Shown: positions 11,515-25,082 of the stretch, in pieces
Layout: the number at the start of each line of letters is the position of its first letter
How positions within the stretch are numbered: position 1 is the first letter of the stretch
Assembly: GCA_951406725.2 (NCBI GenBank)
Contig: OX597833.1
Coordinates: forward strand, 30,690,001-30,754,000
Length of the DNA: 64,000 nt
Source: Octopus vulgaris
Lineage: Eukaryota
Reading direction: 5' to 3'
Notes under the pieces: generated by a model
Told to the model about the DNA's origin: nothing
The model's database searches: none
Seen by the model: only the letters and a program-made list of their open reading frames with translations
Program-made: the position numbers and the translations under genes

Positions 11515-11557
<43 letters not shown>

Positions 11558-11949
11558 ATATCACAATAATTCCTATACTTCGAGAGAATGTGAAATAATT
11601 CTTTATGGGTGTTTATATATTTATATGTATATTTATATATGTGTGATGGTTGATGTAGCATCACTTATGTAACTAATAAAAATTATGAAACAGCTGTCAA
11701 CAAATGGGAGAAAAATTTATCCTCTCATTTCATTTATCTGATCGATTTTAATACATATTAGTTTGTTCTGAAAATAATGGCTGCTCTAAATGTTTTGTTT
11801 TGAAACACAATTTTATCATAGTATTTTAATTATATTTTACATGAATTTTGACATACTGAATAGTGACTACATTCTCACCAGAAAGTGTGATTCATGATTA
11901 CTCATAAATGCAAAGACCTTCCCTGATAAAGAATGTACCCCTCACCACA

Positions 11950-13993
11950 GATTAGTCATTAGTTATTTCAGACTACAGGCAAGAAGGATTCCAGAAAGCA
12001 AGCCAGTTTGGAAAAGAAGGACCTGGAAGCTTAAGTCAGAGCTTTAGAGATGTCCTAACTGAAACATTTAATGAGAAGGAGGAAGAATTAGACATGTAAC
12101 ATAGAGGATAACTGGAAGTTCCTATGAGACAACTTACTAAGTCAAAGATCAAATTTGTGGCATGAGAACCAGTGGCTTGAAGTGTTTTGGCATTCAGTTA
12201 GTGATTCTACAAAGAAAGAGGCTTGGAAGTACCACTATGAAAGGTTGCTAAATGAAGAGAACTCATGAGAGGAGAGTCTGCTGAAGGTCCCAACAGAGGG
12301 ACCAGCTATCTAAATCAACAGTAGCTTCGTAGATAAAGCCAAGAAGACAGGGAAAGCCTCTATCCCATCAGGAATCACCAGTGAAATGCTTAAAATATCT
12401 GGCAGTGTGGGTTATGGTTTAATTACTCAGTATAGTCAACTGCTACAAAAATAAAGCTGATGCCTTAGACAGAAATAATTACAGAGATATCAAATTGTTG
12501 GATCAGGTGATGAAAGTTACGGAGAGGGTCATAACTCAACTAATTAGGAAAAGAGTTAGGTTAGATGAGATGCAGTTTGGTTTCGTGCCAGGAGAAGCAC
12601 CACTGATGCTATATATCTAGTAAGTCAGCTGCAGGAGAAGTACCTTGCCAAAAATAAACCTCTGTATGTGGCTCTTGTTGACATGGAGAAAATCATCGAC
12701 AGGGTCCCCCACTCCCTTATCTGGTGGTCAATGTGGAAGCTAGAGACAGAGGAGTGATGCTGAGAGCTGTACAAGTCATGTACAGGGACGCTATCAGTAA
12801 GGTGAGGGTTGGCAACAAGTATAGTGATGAATTCCATGTACAAGTAGGAGTTCACCAAGAATCAGTCCTCAGCTCCCTCTTGTTTATCATAGTCCTCCAG
12901 GAAATTAAATCAGGCTGCCCCTGGGAGCTTCTCTATGTTGATGACCTTCTTAAAGCTGAATCACTACTAGAACTGGAGAAAAGATTTCAGGTGTGAAAAT
13001 AAGGTCTGGAATCAAAGGAGCTTTGAGTTAATTTAGCAAAAATAAAAGTCTTAGTAAGTAGGAAAGCAGACAAATCACAAATCCCTTCATGTAGATGGCC
13101 CTGCTCGATATGTAGAAAAGGGGTTGGTAGAAACTCCATAAGGTGTACCCAGCAATATCAGAAAAAGGTTAACAGGGAAAAGTCCTTCTGTATGGCAGAT
13201 ACACAAGTACAATAAACACTAGAAATGTACAGAAAATAGGCTCTATCAAATGTTGGAGGAGATATAATTGATAGCTTTCATTAACTAGGTGACCAAATAA
13301 GCAGTGGAGATGGATGCTCTGAGAGCGTAGCTGCTAGAATAAGAATAGGCTGGGCAAAGTTCAGAGACCTTCCACCTTTGTTGGTAACTAAGGGCTTCTC
13401 TATCAAAGTGAAAGGCAAACCATATGATACCTGTGTGCAAACAGCCATGCCACACGACAGTGAAATATGAACTGTGGCTGCAGAGGACATGCATAAACTT
13501 GAAAAAAATGAAACTAGTAGTCATTATGCATGTACAACAGAGTATAAGCATCTTGAGAGAAAAACTGGGCATAAGAGGCATGGTGTGCAAGAGAGGGGAC
13601 TGTGCTGGTATGGTCATGTGATGCATACGAATGAGGACAGCTGCATAAAAAAGTGCTGATCTCTAACTGTGGAAGAGGGAGACCTAGGAGGACATGGAAC
13701 GAGGTGGTGAAGCATGATCTTTGAATGTTGGGTCTCATGGAGGCAATGACAAGTGATCATGACCTTTGGCAATTTGTTGTGCTTGAGAAGATTCATCAAG
13801 CCAAGTGAAACCGTAGTTGTAGCCAGTGCCAGAGACATGTAAAAGGGACCCACTACACTCTTGGACTGGTTGGCCTCAGGAAGGGCATTCAGCCACAGAA
13901 ACCAAGCAACAATCAGAGTGGAACTAAAATTAGACTGTTGCAGCTCTTTGGCGTACCAGTACCAACATGGAAAGTAGATGCTAAATGATGAAG

Positions 13994-13995
<2 letters not shown>
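11950..13995 (+). mobile_element. RTE-clade LINE, decayed and 5'-truncated
   Basis: QFGF, GVHQ.SVLS.LLF, WELLYVDDL and W.KFR.L.PLL fragments; 3' UTR ending ...CATGGAAAG..GATGCTAAATGATGA. Confidence 0.88.
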
Positions 13996-14027
<32 letters not shown>

Positions 14028-14031
<4 letters not shown>

Positions 14032-15955
14032 ATTTGGGGAGGTTAAGTCCTCATTAAAGATTATATAATCCAAGGTATTCCACTGGTTCAATCCATATTA
14101 TATAATGGTAAAGTCATTTGTATATTTTTAGGATTACTCTTTATTCTCTCTTTTACTTGTTTCAGTCATTTGACTGTGGCCATGCTGGAGCACCGCCTTT
14201 AGTCGAGCAAATCAACCCCAGGACTTATTCTTTGTAAGCCTAGTTCTTATTCTATCGGTATCTTTTGCCGAACCGCTAAGTTACGGTGACGTAAACACAC
14301 CGGCATCGGTTGTCAAGTGATGTTGGGGGACAAACACAGACACACAAACATATACACACATATATATATACATATATACGACGGGCTTCTTTCAGTTTCC
14401 GTCTACCAAATCCACTCACAAGGTTTTGGTCGGCTCGAGGCTATAGTAGAAGACACTTGCCCAAGGTGCCACGCAGTGGGACTGAACCCGGAACCATGTG
14501 GTTGGTAAACAAGCTACTTACCACACATCCACTCCTACGCCTATTATTGAAATTTTTTTTAATATTGAGGGCAAAATAAGAAGAAAATGGAGAATAAATG
14601 GATATAATTACTGATTTATTTGTATGTAGTAGAAAGATGACATTTTATTTTTAAAAAAAAGCATTACAAATAAATTGGAAGTTGAAAGCTCAAAAAAGGT
14701 AAGAAAAATGTAAGAAGACCTACATGTACATTTCTGTCAAACCAATAAGTAGATGGAAATCTCCAAAACATGTTTAATGTCTAGGAAATTGCCACAATCA
14801 TACTATTTCATGCTTGGACTTATTCAGAATTCAAAAAGAGCTAACGCCACTTAGGTGATCATTATATCTTTTGAGGTGAAGTGTGTAGAGTTAGCAGGTT
14901 AAAGATAAAAGCTATGTTTAGAGATTCTATTTGATTGGTAGGTTTTCAATATTTGTAGATATACTTACTATATACAAATACAAAATATTATAATTAGTAA
15001 ACAGATAAATAAATAGAAAAATAAAAAAATAAAAAAATAAAATAAACTTTATGAATGATTCTCATTGGTTTAGTGAGAGATACATATGTTGTCATGATCC
15101 AGGATGGATAAAATTTGAAAAAAGCTGTTGTAATGCTTGACCAGTGGGGCTTACTTATTGATTAGGGTATGTAGGTGCATATTTGAATGCAGTTGAGAGG
15201 TTTGAAGAGAATAGGATAGGAAATATCAAGTATATAGTGGCTCATACATATTTTAATTGAGCATATATGTGCAGAAAGTAAATAAACATGCATATGAACA
15301 CATGTATATCAGAGCACATGATGCATGCATATAGATAAACATAAACACATGCATGCACATATATGAAAAAGTACATGCAGGCATATGGATATGGATACAG
15401 AAAAAACACACCTATATAGGTAGGGTAATGGACAAAATATAACGGAAAGGGGGTTTATAGGGTAAACCAAATGGGGTGGGTGGGGGAGTTCTAATAGGTA
15501 TTGAATTTATAGGTAGTTTATTAAGCTAAGTGAAATAGTAGATGCCTAAAAACCAAATTTGATTTGATATTACTAATACTAGGTGGTAGGATGACAGATT
15601 AACCAAAGATAGGGAAAAAGGGGAATACGGTTTTTAATAATCTATAAATCACTTATATTTAAGTTTGCTGTACACGGGTTTGATATAAATAAAAATAGAT
15701 GTTAGTGTTTACAAGTACACCCGCACAGAAAAACCGACTATTTAAAATTGTATATCAAAATTGTAACTATTCCATCTAATTCTATGTATGAAGTCTGTAG
15801 TTTTTTTAATCACTTCCTTCAAATATTCCTTTTTAGATGGTATCGGAATGTCTTTAAGTGATACATCCAAATTTACATGCTCCATTTTTCCAGCGGAATG
15901 TCCAAAATAATTTTTATATATATATTTTTTGTGGATATCTTATAAAAATTGATAG
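14028..15955 (-). mobile_element. Internally deleted PLE derivative, interrupted by a SINE
   Basis: Minus-strand 15742-15885 reads MEHVNLDVSLKDIPIPSKKEYLKEVIKKTTDFIHRIRW, resembling the SLKNIPIPS...RMRW N-terminus of PLE ORFs. It ends at (TA)n near 14000-14027. Boundaries are approximate. Confidence 0.6.
14135..14541 (-). mobile_element. SINE family 1, full length
   Basis: Reverse complement of the 591-999 family. Confidence 0.92.
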
Positions 15956-15961
15956 AAGATA

Positions 15962-16261
15962 TTTCACCATCCGATCGTGGCCGTTGCCAGCTTCGCCTGG
16001 CCCCCGTGCCAGTGGTACGTAAAAAGCACCATCTGATCGTGGCCGTTGCCAGCCTCACCTGGCACCTATGCCGGTGGCACGTAAAAAGCACCCACTACAC
16101 TCACGGAGTGGTTGGCGTTAGGAAGGGCATCCGGCCGTAGAAACATTGCTAGATCAGACTGGGCCTGGTGCAGCCTTCTGGCTTCCCAGACCTCAGTTGA
16201 ACCGTCCAACCCATGCTAGCATGGAAAGCGGACGCTAAATGATGATGATGATGATGATGAT
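15962..16261 (+). mobile_element. RTE 3' end fragment with (GAT)n tail
   Basis: AAAAGCACCCACTACACTC...GTTAGGAAGGGCATCC...GTCCAACCCATGCTAGCATGGAAAGCGGACG followed by (TGA)n; matches 31590-31760. Confidence 0.85.
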
Positions 16262-16277
16262 ATACATAAAAAACCTT

Positions 16278-16638
16278 GGATCTTTTCCTTTTGAACGGCA
16301 GTTTGTAACATAATTTCTAGGTAACTAAAAAGTTTTAAACTTCGTATACTGGTAGAATGTGTTTATAAAACATCATTTTCTCTTGGCTTTATTGAGAAAA
16401 TTCTATAGGTTGTAACATATTTCGTCTTTAATTTCTTGCATTTCGGCAATTTTAACCAATCACTGGCGTCCATTTAGGTAAACAACATTCTGTGCGTAAT
16501 GAATATGTCCCTCGTTTAAGAAACAGATTGGGTTTATTTACATTTGTGAAGAAAAAAAAGATACCCTTCCCCCACCCCTAACCCTAACTAACAAAATTAA
16601 ATAAAAGAAGAAAACTGTGACAACAACAGAAAAGATCC
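16278..16638. mobile_element. Short non-autonomous DNA element (MITE/HINE-like)
   Basis: 10 bp inverted termini GGATCTTTTC / GAAAAGATCC and an internal CCCTAACCCTAA. Confidence 0.55.
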
Positions 16639-16846
16639 CCTCGCTCCACCATGAACAATGTCAGTATATAGTTTGTATTCAGTCAATGTAAGATTAATTA
16701 AATCTTTACTTTATTGCAAATTTTATTCCCTTGTTACTTATGCCTCATTCAGAAGTCCCATACCCCAACTCAAAAAACATTGTCAAATATTTACAAAACG
16801 CCACATCAAAACGGTAGAGGAGTAGGGGCCGAAACCAGACGTTGTT

Positions 16847-16960
16847 CCTCCTGATGATGGCTTGAGCTAACTGGATCCTATAAAAAAGCTGTTGTGGTAG
16901 CAGACCACAAACACGGTTGTAATTCCCCAAGCAAGAAATGAAACTGGTTGAAGGGAGGCT
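16847..16960 (+). ncRNA. Decayed hammerhead-like motif in a probable PLE pseudo-LTR
   Basis: TTCCTC-CTGATGA-(GCTTG...CAAGC)-GAAACTGGTT-GAAG can be read as a decayed GAAACCGGTC-GAGG. Confidence 0.4.
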
Positions 16961-17376
16961 ACTTCTCTTGTTCAGTAATTTATTACTTGTAATAGCTTGA
17001 AAACGTTTATCTTGATAAAACTAAAACTCTAGAGATGTTTGTGTGTACCTGAAATATGTCCAAAATAGTATATTTTATCTTAATTTTTTTTTGTATATTT
17101 ATTTTCATACTTCAGAAGTGCAGTACAAATTTTTATGATATTTGGGACTTTATTTATTAAGGAAAATGATTAAACACTATTTTTCTTTGTTATTTCTTGA
17201 CGAAAAAATACACATCACTTCCGTGATGTCTACACACATACAAGAGTGTGGACTACATGGTTCGTTATTAAATAAATATTTGCTAGTTGGTACTAACATT
17301 TATACTGTGCGTATTTTAAGCTAAAAATATTTTTTCTGAAGTCATAGTCTATGGGATGTGTGTGTGTGTGTGTGTG

Positions 17377-19330
17377 CAATCAATGAGTTCAGCCATGCTC
17401 ATGACCTGACGGGATGCATAATAGGGAGTATGGACAAAGTGTCCCTACACCCATCCAATGATGTTGATTTTGCTGTGGAGAAAAGTGTGGTGGTGATTAG
17501 TGAGAGAGATGTGGAGTGCCATGGTGTTGACACTGAAGAACTAGGCCTCCTCCTGAGACTGACATGCAAGAATGATTACTTAGATAAAAAATGGCCTTAG
17601 TTGTTTCTACCTCACTAGATCAATAAAAGTAGATCCCCCCCTCCCACTATAACTTCTATGACCAAGAAGACCCCTAAAGAGAAATAGAATGGGTGGACCA
17701 GAGCTTTATGGACCTCTGAAAATAATGATCAGGTTAAAAAGATGGTTGCACAGGTGATGGGTGTAAGTACCAAGACCACACTCAAGGGCCATATATTTAA
17801 ATTTAATAGCAAGATATACACCCAAAAGGAAGGTGCAGCTATTGGTGTCAGTTATTGCTGGGGATGTGGCTAACCTATTTATGGTATGGTGGGATAGGAG
17901 ACATAAAGAGAAATTAGCAGAGAACTCCATAAACCTAACCATGTACTCCCGTTACATGAATACTATCAACATAGCAGTCAAAGCACCCTTACAAGACAAT
18001 GTTGATGATCTAGAAGCTAACGCTATGGAGAGCATCCAGCAAATAGCTAACTCCATCCACCAGAGAAGTAACGATAGACTACCCTAGTAAGCACCCTAAC
18101 TATAGATTACCTGTTTTACACACTGAACTCTGACTAGAAACAAAGAACGGTAAGGTCCCGATCCTTCACTCTCATTATGCCAAACCCATGGGCTCTAAGT
18201 ACTTTGTTCACCAGAATGCAATGATTGCATACAACGCCAAGTTCAACATTCTTATAGCTGACTTGGTGAGAGTGATGAGGAATGTGTCTCACATGTGCGA
18301 CCCTATGGAATTGGAAAGACACTTACAACACTTCATCCACCGCTACAACCAAAGAGACAGGATGAGAGCATACAAAGGAGCCAGGACTGAGTACAAAGAC
18401 ATCACAGAGAGTGATGCTAAAGGGATCTGCCTGCTGTACAGGAGTAAATCCTGGAACAGCACAGAAAAGACCAGTAATAAGATAAATAAGGACAACACTT
18501 GGTATGACAACAAAAAATACCAGAGTGTCATGGCAGCAAACTCGCACGTCTTTTTAGAAAAAACATTAAGTAAGGCTAATCTACGAATTAAAGTAATAGA
18601 AAGGCCTGGTGCCCCTTTAAAATCCCTGATCTGCAATACCTATTCCTTTGATAAGTTCCCCCGTACAATTGTGTTGTATGTAGGATGAACCCACAGGCTA
18701 ACTGTGAGGTTAGGAATGTAGTGTATAGCTTATGATGTACTTAGGATGGTGCAGAAACATGACAACTGCCTACATTGGTGGGAGTTCAAAGAGAAAAGCT
18801 CATCAGTGCTCTACCAACATGCTCAAGCAGAACATGGAGGCTTGATTAATAGCATAGAGGTTAAAGTACTATCGACACATAGAACTGACATGACATTTAG
18901 ACAGATCAAAGAGACTACACACATAGTAGTAGAAAGACCAAACCTCAACAGAAAATGCAAATAGAACAGTAACATCCACTACCACACCACATAACTAGAC
19001 AGAAGGGATGAGAAGTGAGAGGAAAACACAAAATTGTAAAAAATACACAGAAACATACAGGGTAAATAGATATATATGCACTTGCCTGTTATACTTATGA
19101 GAAATAAAAGTAGATGTATGAAAAAATAAATATATAAATATATTTGTCACATACCTGTGATAAATATAAGACAGAGATAAGCAAATAAATAAATGAAACT
19201 ATATAAAGGGCATGGATACATACAACATATGAAGCAGACCCAGACACACACAAAAGAAATTTCATGGATGGTCATATCAATATCAGTAACACAATTAACA
19301 ACAACAGCAGCAATAACAGCAACAACTACC
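17377..19330 (+). mobile_element. Decayed PLE related to PLE-B
   Basis: IIGSMD.VSLHPS (RT motif A), [32 protein letters not shown] and LYQHAQAEHGG, with many stops and frameshifts. Confidence 0.9.
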
Positions 19331-19452
19331 ATGATGGCAACACCATGAGCAAACATTTATTTACACGAAAGAAAATTACCAGAGAACTTTCATCTAATTC
19401 TTCCAAATCTTTCAGTTAAAACTGTATTGAAATCATTTGTGGGGATTTTTTT

Positions 19453-22075
19453 TTAACACAGCAACTGGTCACACACCACAAGGAACCTACTGAAGCAAGC
19501 CAGCGCGCTTGCTGTATTACCACAGGCGATGGCGGGGTTAAGGCATTGGGAAAGCCAAGTGCCCTCACAGGCATCACCTGACACCTTGGTGAGGTGAGCT
19601 GTCAACGTTGACAAGAACTTCACAGTTAGTGGCACAGTCCCTCCAAATGTCTCAAATGCCACAGGTTGGAAGAGATACTTCACTGTCAGATCCCAATACT
19701 TCAGGGTTTTGTTCCACTGAACTACAGAAGCAGTGACCCTCCCATTAACTGCAGCATCCAAGATGTGGGAGGAAGCAAAGGAGTCACAGGCTGTGGCATC
19801 CCAAATGAGGCACCTACCTTCAACCCTCTTCTTGATCAATCTGATCAATTTTCAAGGTGTCACTTACTTTCAACCCAGAGACAAAAGGTAAGACCATCTG
19901 GTCTCTTTCCATCACTTCTGGATAACCCCAACGGCCCCAGAACTGAGGGGATATTAATCTGAGCCAAGGCACTCAATTTGATGAGTGAAGCAACCAGCAT
20001 TTAGGCAGCAAGAAGACCTGTGGGATCGAGGGGCCTGCCACAGCAGCATCGCAATCCTCTACAGATGTCAGCATTCACTCTAAGTGCAATGGAGTTCATC
20101 TAGACTGAGTAGACCTCTGATGTTAGCCACAGGCAGGGCTTCAATCCAGTCCCCTGAGAATTTTGCATTAGTTGAAAGTAAGCGACACCTTGAAAATTGA
20201 TTGGATTGATCAAGAAGAGGGTTGAAGGTGATACCTGAATGCAGATTATCCCATACTCCCTGTTTCCATCTATCCTCCACTGTAACTGGAACTGACAATC
20301 CCAGCTCTCTTCTTTGATAAAGCTTCATTCATCTCCCTTTTGGGATTAGTCCATGTTGGAGAGGAGAAGATGTTACTTACTAAAGGGGAGCAAGCGTGGA
20401 TGGTGGAAAGAAAACAGGGAAGAGATAAAGATGAGTGCTTGCACAGACCTAGACCTCCCACAAACCATTTGGGTAAAGCAATTTGGTCGGGGGAGCCTGG
20501 GGAGTGTTTGACATTGACCAAGCATTTTAGTTTCCTGAAGTATTGTCAAAGTATTGGAGGGATGACAGGAATCTGTAAGAGGGACTAACTCAGAAAATGC
20601 AATAGCTTAGGAATTGTCAAGTAATTCCCAAGTATAAAAAAACCTTGATGGGGCTCAATTACTTCAAGATTTTTTAAAAGTTGTTTGAGGTTAGCCATTT
20701 TGGATGTGAAGATGGACTCGAAAGCTAGGTCAGTAACTGGGGCTCCAAGGGAGCACTACGCTAATGATGGAGGAATCATGATTGAGGAGAGGGAGTTAAA
20801 AAATAGTTTAGTAGTCTGCTCATCCAAAGCTGGGTGGTTGAGGAGCCAGAGCTTGCATTTGGAGCTGTTAACACAAAGAGCTCTACAACCAAGTTCCTCG
20901 ATCATCATCCTTGCAGCTGCAAGCACCTTGTCAAGAGGGTCTCTCAAACAAGCATCATCGAGGTACCAGACATTTAGGTCTAGGTCAGCTCTCATCTTGA
21001 TAACATCATCAATACCCAATGAGAATAGGGCAGGACCAAGTGGATCACCCTGTTGGACTCCAGAGGCAGATAAGATGAGGTGGTCACCAAATGAGAGGTA
21101 GGAGGGCTCTCTATAGGCTTGCCAAAGTAATGCACTGAGGATGACATCTTAAGGTCAAGTTTGAGGATGACCTTTGGGGACTCAAAGGGCAAATTGGTGA
21201 AAGCCCTGGTGGCATGAGCAGCAGCCTCACAACCTAGCTTAGTACCCTCTTCTAGCTGAATAGGGGAAAATTCCTCAGTCAGGTGGTTAGAAACTGAGGA
21301 CAGGCAGACTTTTGCTGTGAGCCGTCACAGAGTACAACTAACTACAATGGGGTGGAGGTCACCATTAGGCTTGGTGAGATCAAATAATTTGGTCCCAAAG
21401 AACAGGGGATGAATGTAGGCAAGGGCTCTTAGACAAGAACAAGTTTATGAACTGTGTTAGGTTCTCCAAGAGTTGGAGCCAAGTATTACCAGCTGACAGG
21501 GAGATACCATCCTTGAGATGCTGAGGTTGTAAGCCATTGATCCCAGTGCCAGAACCTGCTGGAAGAGGCAATTGCTCTCCTGATAGTGTCAGGGGTGAAG
21601 ATGAGTTGTTGAAAACTTGGTGAGTCAGGCCAGTGTAGGTGATCATCTGGATGGACTGGAGGATATTTTTCCTTCAGTTGGTTGAGAGAGTCTGTGGTAC
21701 ACAGGACAAGGGAGGACAGAGAGGAAAGAAGGCAAACAGCCCCTTTAATATCAAATTCGTTGAATTTGACATTAATAACCTTTAAGTTAGGTGGTTGACC
21801 ATTGTTTGGGGTTGAGCTGATGACTGACATGAGATGAACAGTGGTTGGGGTAAATTCAGACTGCCATGTCAGGGAAGAAGTGAGGGATCCACTGTTCCCA
21901 TTTATTATGTAAAGGGAAACCAAAGGGAACAGGAAGTTTCTACCAATCCAAGGTATTGCTGGATAGGTAGATGTTCTTCAGCAGTTTCAAGAGAATACGG
22001 ATGAAATGAGTCTGAGCATCCTTAAGGATCCAATTGACAAGCTTCAGCTTGGACAAACCCTGCAAAATCTTCAAC
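19453..22075 (-). mobile_element. CRE-like non-LTR retrotransposon with RLE endonuclease, decayed
   Basis: GVQQGDPLGP, VWYLDD, LP...GGLGL, RPDG and LIWDAT...KY..L...FQPVAFET.G. Confidence 0.85.
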
Positions 22076-22079
22076 ATAT

Positions 22080-22606
22080 TCTGGTTTAAGCACCCCATAT
22101 AACTTCTTGTAACTTTTTTATTTTTGGAATTTTCTGATAATTTTCATAAATTTGTGTTCTACACATGGGAATTTATACAATTATGCAACAAAAAATGATC
22201 TTTTGTGTGTGTGATTTAAGGGAAATTTATCTATTGTTCTTAACATCCTATATGAATACTCAATACCATCCTTGTTTCTTTGCCACTCTGACATGTATTT
22301 ATCTTTTTCAATATTTTTCTCCCCATAACACATAGAATGATGATACAGTCATGGATCATCCACTGCTGGGATTTAAGCAAAAAATCTGGACTGTCCATAT
22401 TTTAAATTCTGATTTTTAAAAAATTTAAATAAGAGTGGAACATTTAGGATTTATGGGTGGGAGGAGGGGTTTAAAAAATTCCAAAAAAAATTTTTTCTTC
22501 ATTCATAATCGTATGAATTCTCCTATGTAGAACACAAATTCACAAAAATGTTCTGAAAGTTCCAAAAAATAAAAATGTTATGTTGTATGGGGTGCTTAAA
22601 ACCAGA
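22080..22606. mobile_element. MITE with imperfect TIRs of about 100 bp
   Basis: CTGGTTTAAGCACCCCATATAAC...TTTGTGTTCTACA mirrors TGTAGAACACAAA...GTTGTATGGGGTGCTTAAAACCAG. No clear TSD. Confidence 0.85.
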
Positions 22607-23075
22607 CTTCAGCCTTTTCTTTTGAAGTGCTGAAGTTTTTATTATCCTGTGAGGCAAAGAGCAAAAAATTACCTATTCAAAGGACTTAGGCTCTCCTCAG
22701 AGTTGGACAGATTTAGACAAGAAATGGATGCTTAGTCAACTTGTATGTATGTTTTATTACTTAAGAGTATATATTTTATTCTTTATCTTTTATTTGTTTT
22801 AGAGTGTCCCTCTTCCAAATTTGGTAATATAATGCCCCTACTTCTAGTAAGTGACTCCTGTACCACTCTCTTACCTACTTCCACCCCGTTGTAACTTGCC
22901 TTCCTCTGTTCTCTATTCTACTTGAACATTCCCATCTTTTCCTCCCACCTTCCACAGACAGTAGCCATTCCTTGTTATAACTAGAAATGGCTCTGATGAA
23001 AGTAGCATTAATTTTCTTAGGTTGTTCAATTTTCCTCAATTGATCAATAGGCCTGTAGCGGATGCTTGGTGAAAT

Positions 23076-23145
<70 letters not shown>

Positions 23146-23146
<1 letters not shown>

Positions 23147-24050
23147 GTTATATATACATAAGTACGGACATAGTAGATAACAGCTAGCCTTCGGTCGCTT
23201 GGACCCTGTTGTGTCCACTACTCTGATTGGTTGGCATTTGCACAATTTGTCTCTTGCTGTATTATGCTCCAGTGTGCAACCCAACCAATCGCAGCCTTCT
23301 GATAAGGTCGCATGAGACAGTCTCTTCTAAATTTCCATTTGCGCCAATAGCTTGCTATAAAACTTCAGCAATTCATCAAGTCAACGTCTTTTGGTTCTAG
23401 ACCGTCTAAGGTCTAATGACTGAGCACAGAGCCAGTTCCAGTGACAACACCAGCAGCCACATAGAGAAACATCAATGCTTCGTTCAGCAGCATCAGGACC
23501 TCCATCTCTGTCACCTTCGTCTTAATGTCAACAACATTTCTCTACGTACACCGAAGTGCCATCTCAACACTGTTTGGGAATTACTTCACCATGGTTAACA
23601 GCCAATACAACCTGCGAGAACTTCCTGTATCAAGTGACCAGCAGCAGCATAGTAGCCACAACTTCTTACATGACATGTGCCTCAAACGGCTCTGCTTCTT
23701 CACCACAACTTCTTGTTACAGCACTTCATCTATTGTGTACCTTACTATGAACTGGTATTTATCTTCCTTGTGTCTGAACATTCCTCTATCGTCCTGTTAT
23801 AGACTCTTTCAATGCTCTGTATTTTTATGCATACACATACACATTATGTATACATGACGGCCTGTCTATTGTTATTATTATTATGCTTATATGACACACA
23901 CAGACACTCATATTAACACATAAATAAAAGCTCTTAACATTCTACCGGTTGTGTCTTTCTTTTCCTACTGGCACTTGTACTCATTCTTTTTCGCAATTAT
24001 TGTAAGTGACGATGCAGTGTATTAAAGGAGCCATCCATAGTCACCTCTCA
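23146..24050 (+). mobile_element. Possible solo LTR
   Basis: Block bounded by TG...CA with distinct composition, and an AATAAA near 23923 followed by a GT-rich tract. No TSD confirmed. Confidence 0.3.
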
Positions 24051-24155
24051 TTCAACATGGTCTTTCTACAGGCCAATTGAGTAAACCTATCAGTGATGTA
24101 CCTATAATAACTACTGGAAACAGAACAGCTGCAAGCCAAATTTGCCCCAATAAAG

Positions 24156-24216
<61 letters not shown>

Positions 24217-24257
24217 TATATATATATGTATATGTATGTATGTATGTATATATGTAG

Positions 24258-24393
24258 AACTTCTTTCAGTTTCCATCAACCAGATCCACTCACAAGGCTT
24301 TGGTCAACCTGAAGCTATAGTACAAGACACTTGCCCAAGGTGCCATGCAGTGGAACTAAAACTGGTTACCATACAGTTCTTACCATACAGCCA
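24258..24393 (-). mobile_element. SINE family 1, 5' half
   Basis: CTTTCAGTTTCC...GACACTTGCCCAAGGTGCC matches the family head. Confidence 0.8.
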
Positions 24394-24619
24394 CAAATTG
24401 TTGTTTCTCATGGCTGTTATTTTGTCAGCATTAGAACACATGGCGAACTACTGGCTACTGCAATTTGCACAATTTGATTACAGCTTTACCAAAGCACAAA
24501 AATCTCAGAACCATCTGAATTCTGTAATTTCTCTGAACACCATTGGCCAAAAACAAATTGATACAACAATTGACACTGGAAAGCAGCTTTTATTCAGTTC
24601 CATAATATATTGAAAAGGT

Positions 24620-25082
24620 TAAATTGGAGGATATGATGAAACAAGAATTTTTGGTGGAAATGTTTTCATTTTTGGATGTCTATAAAAACATATTGGATTT
24701 AGATGAATTGAAATGTGAGCTGAAATCAGTTTATGCTACAGATGTTTGCAAGGCAAACATCAAGCATCCAAGAAGTCACAAACATAATATGGGAGCTTGA
24801 ACCATACCATACTGGCTGATTTAACAGAATTACTAGATCTAATTTTGACCATACCTGCCACATTTGTTTCCTGTGAGAAAGTGCATTTTTCATTAAAGCA
24901 AGTAAATAATTATATGAGATGTTCTCAAAGTAAAGAGAGAATGTGCAATTTGGTCTTCATTTCCATGAATAAAGACCTTTTGAATAAGATGAAGGCAGAG
25001 CATGGTGCTGATACATTTTTTAGCAAAGTGATGGATGAATTTGCTCAAAATGAACCAAAGAACTGAACTGATTTACAAATAA
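24620..25082 (+). mobile_element. hAT transposase C-terminal dimerisation domain remnant
   Basis: LLDLILTIPATFVSCEKVHFSLKQVNNYMRCSQSKERMCNL resembles the hAT L.IPAT..SCERSFS.LK..K.YLR motif. Confidence 0.8.

Noticed and set aside
11655-11705. GAAACAGCTGTC-AAC resembling a hammerhead 3' half
   Set aside because: No recognisable CUGANGA with a matching stem I upstream; at best a heavily decayed relic.
22985-23030. CTGATGA as a hammerhead core (also at 33259 and 36385)
   Set aside because: No properly placed GAAA, stem III or NUH follows.
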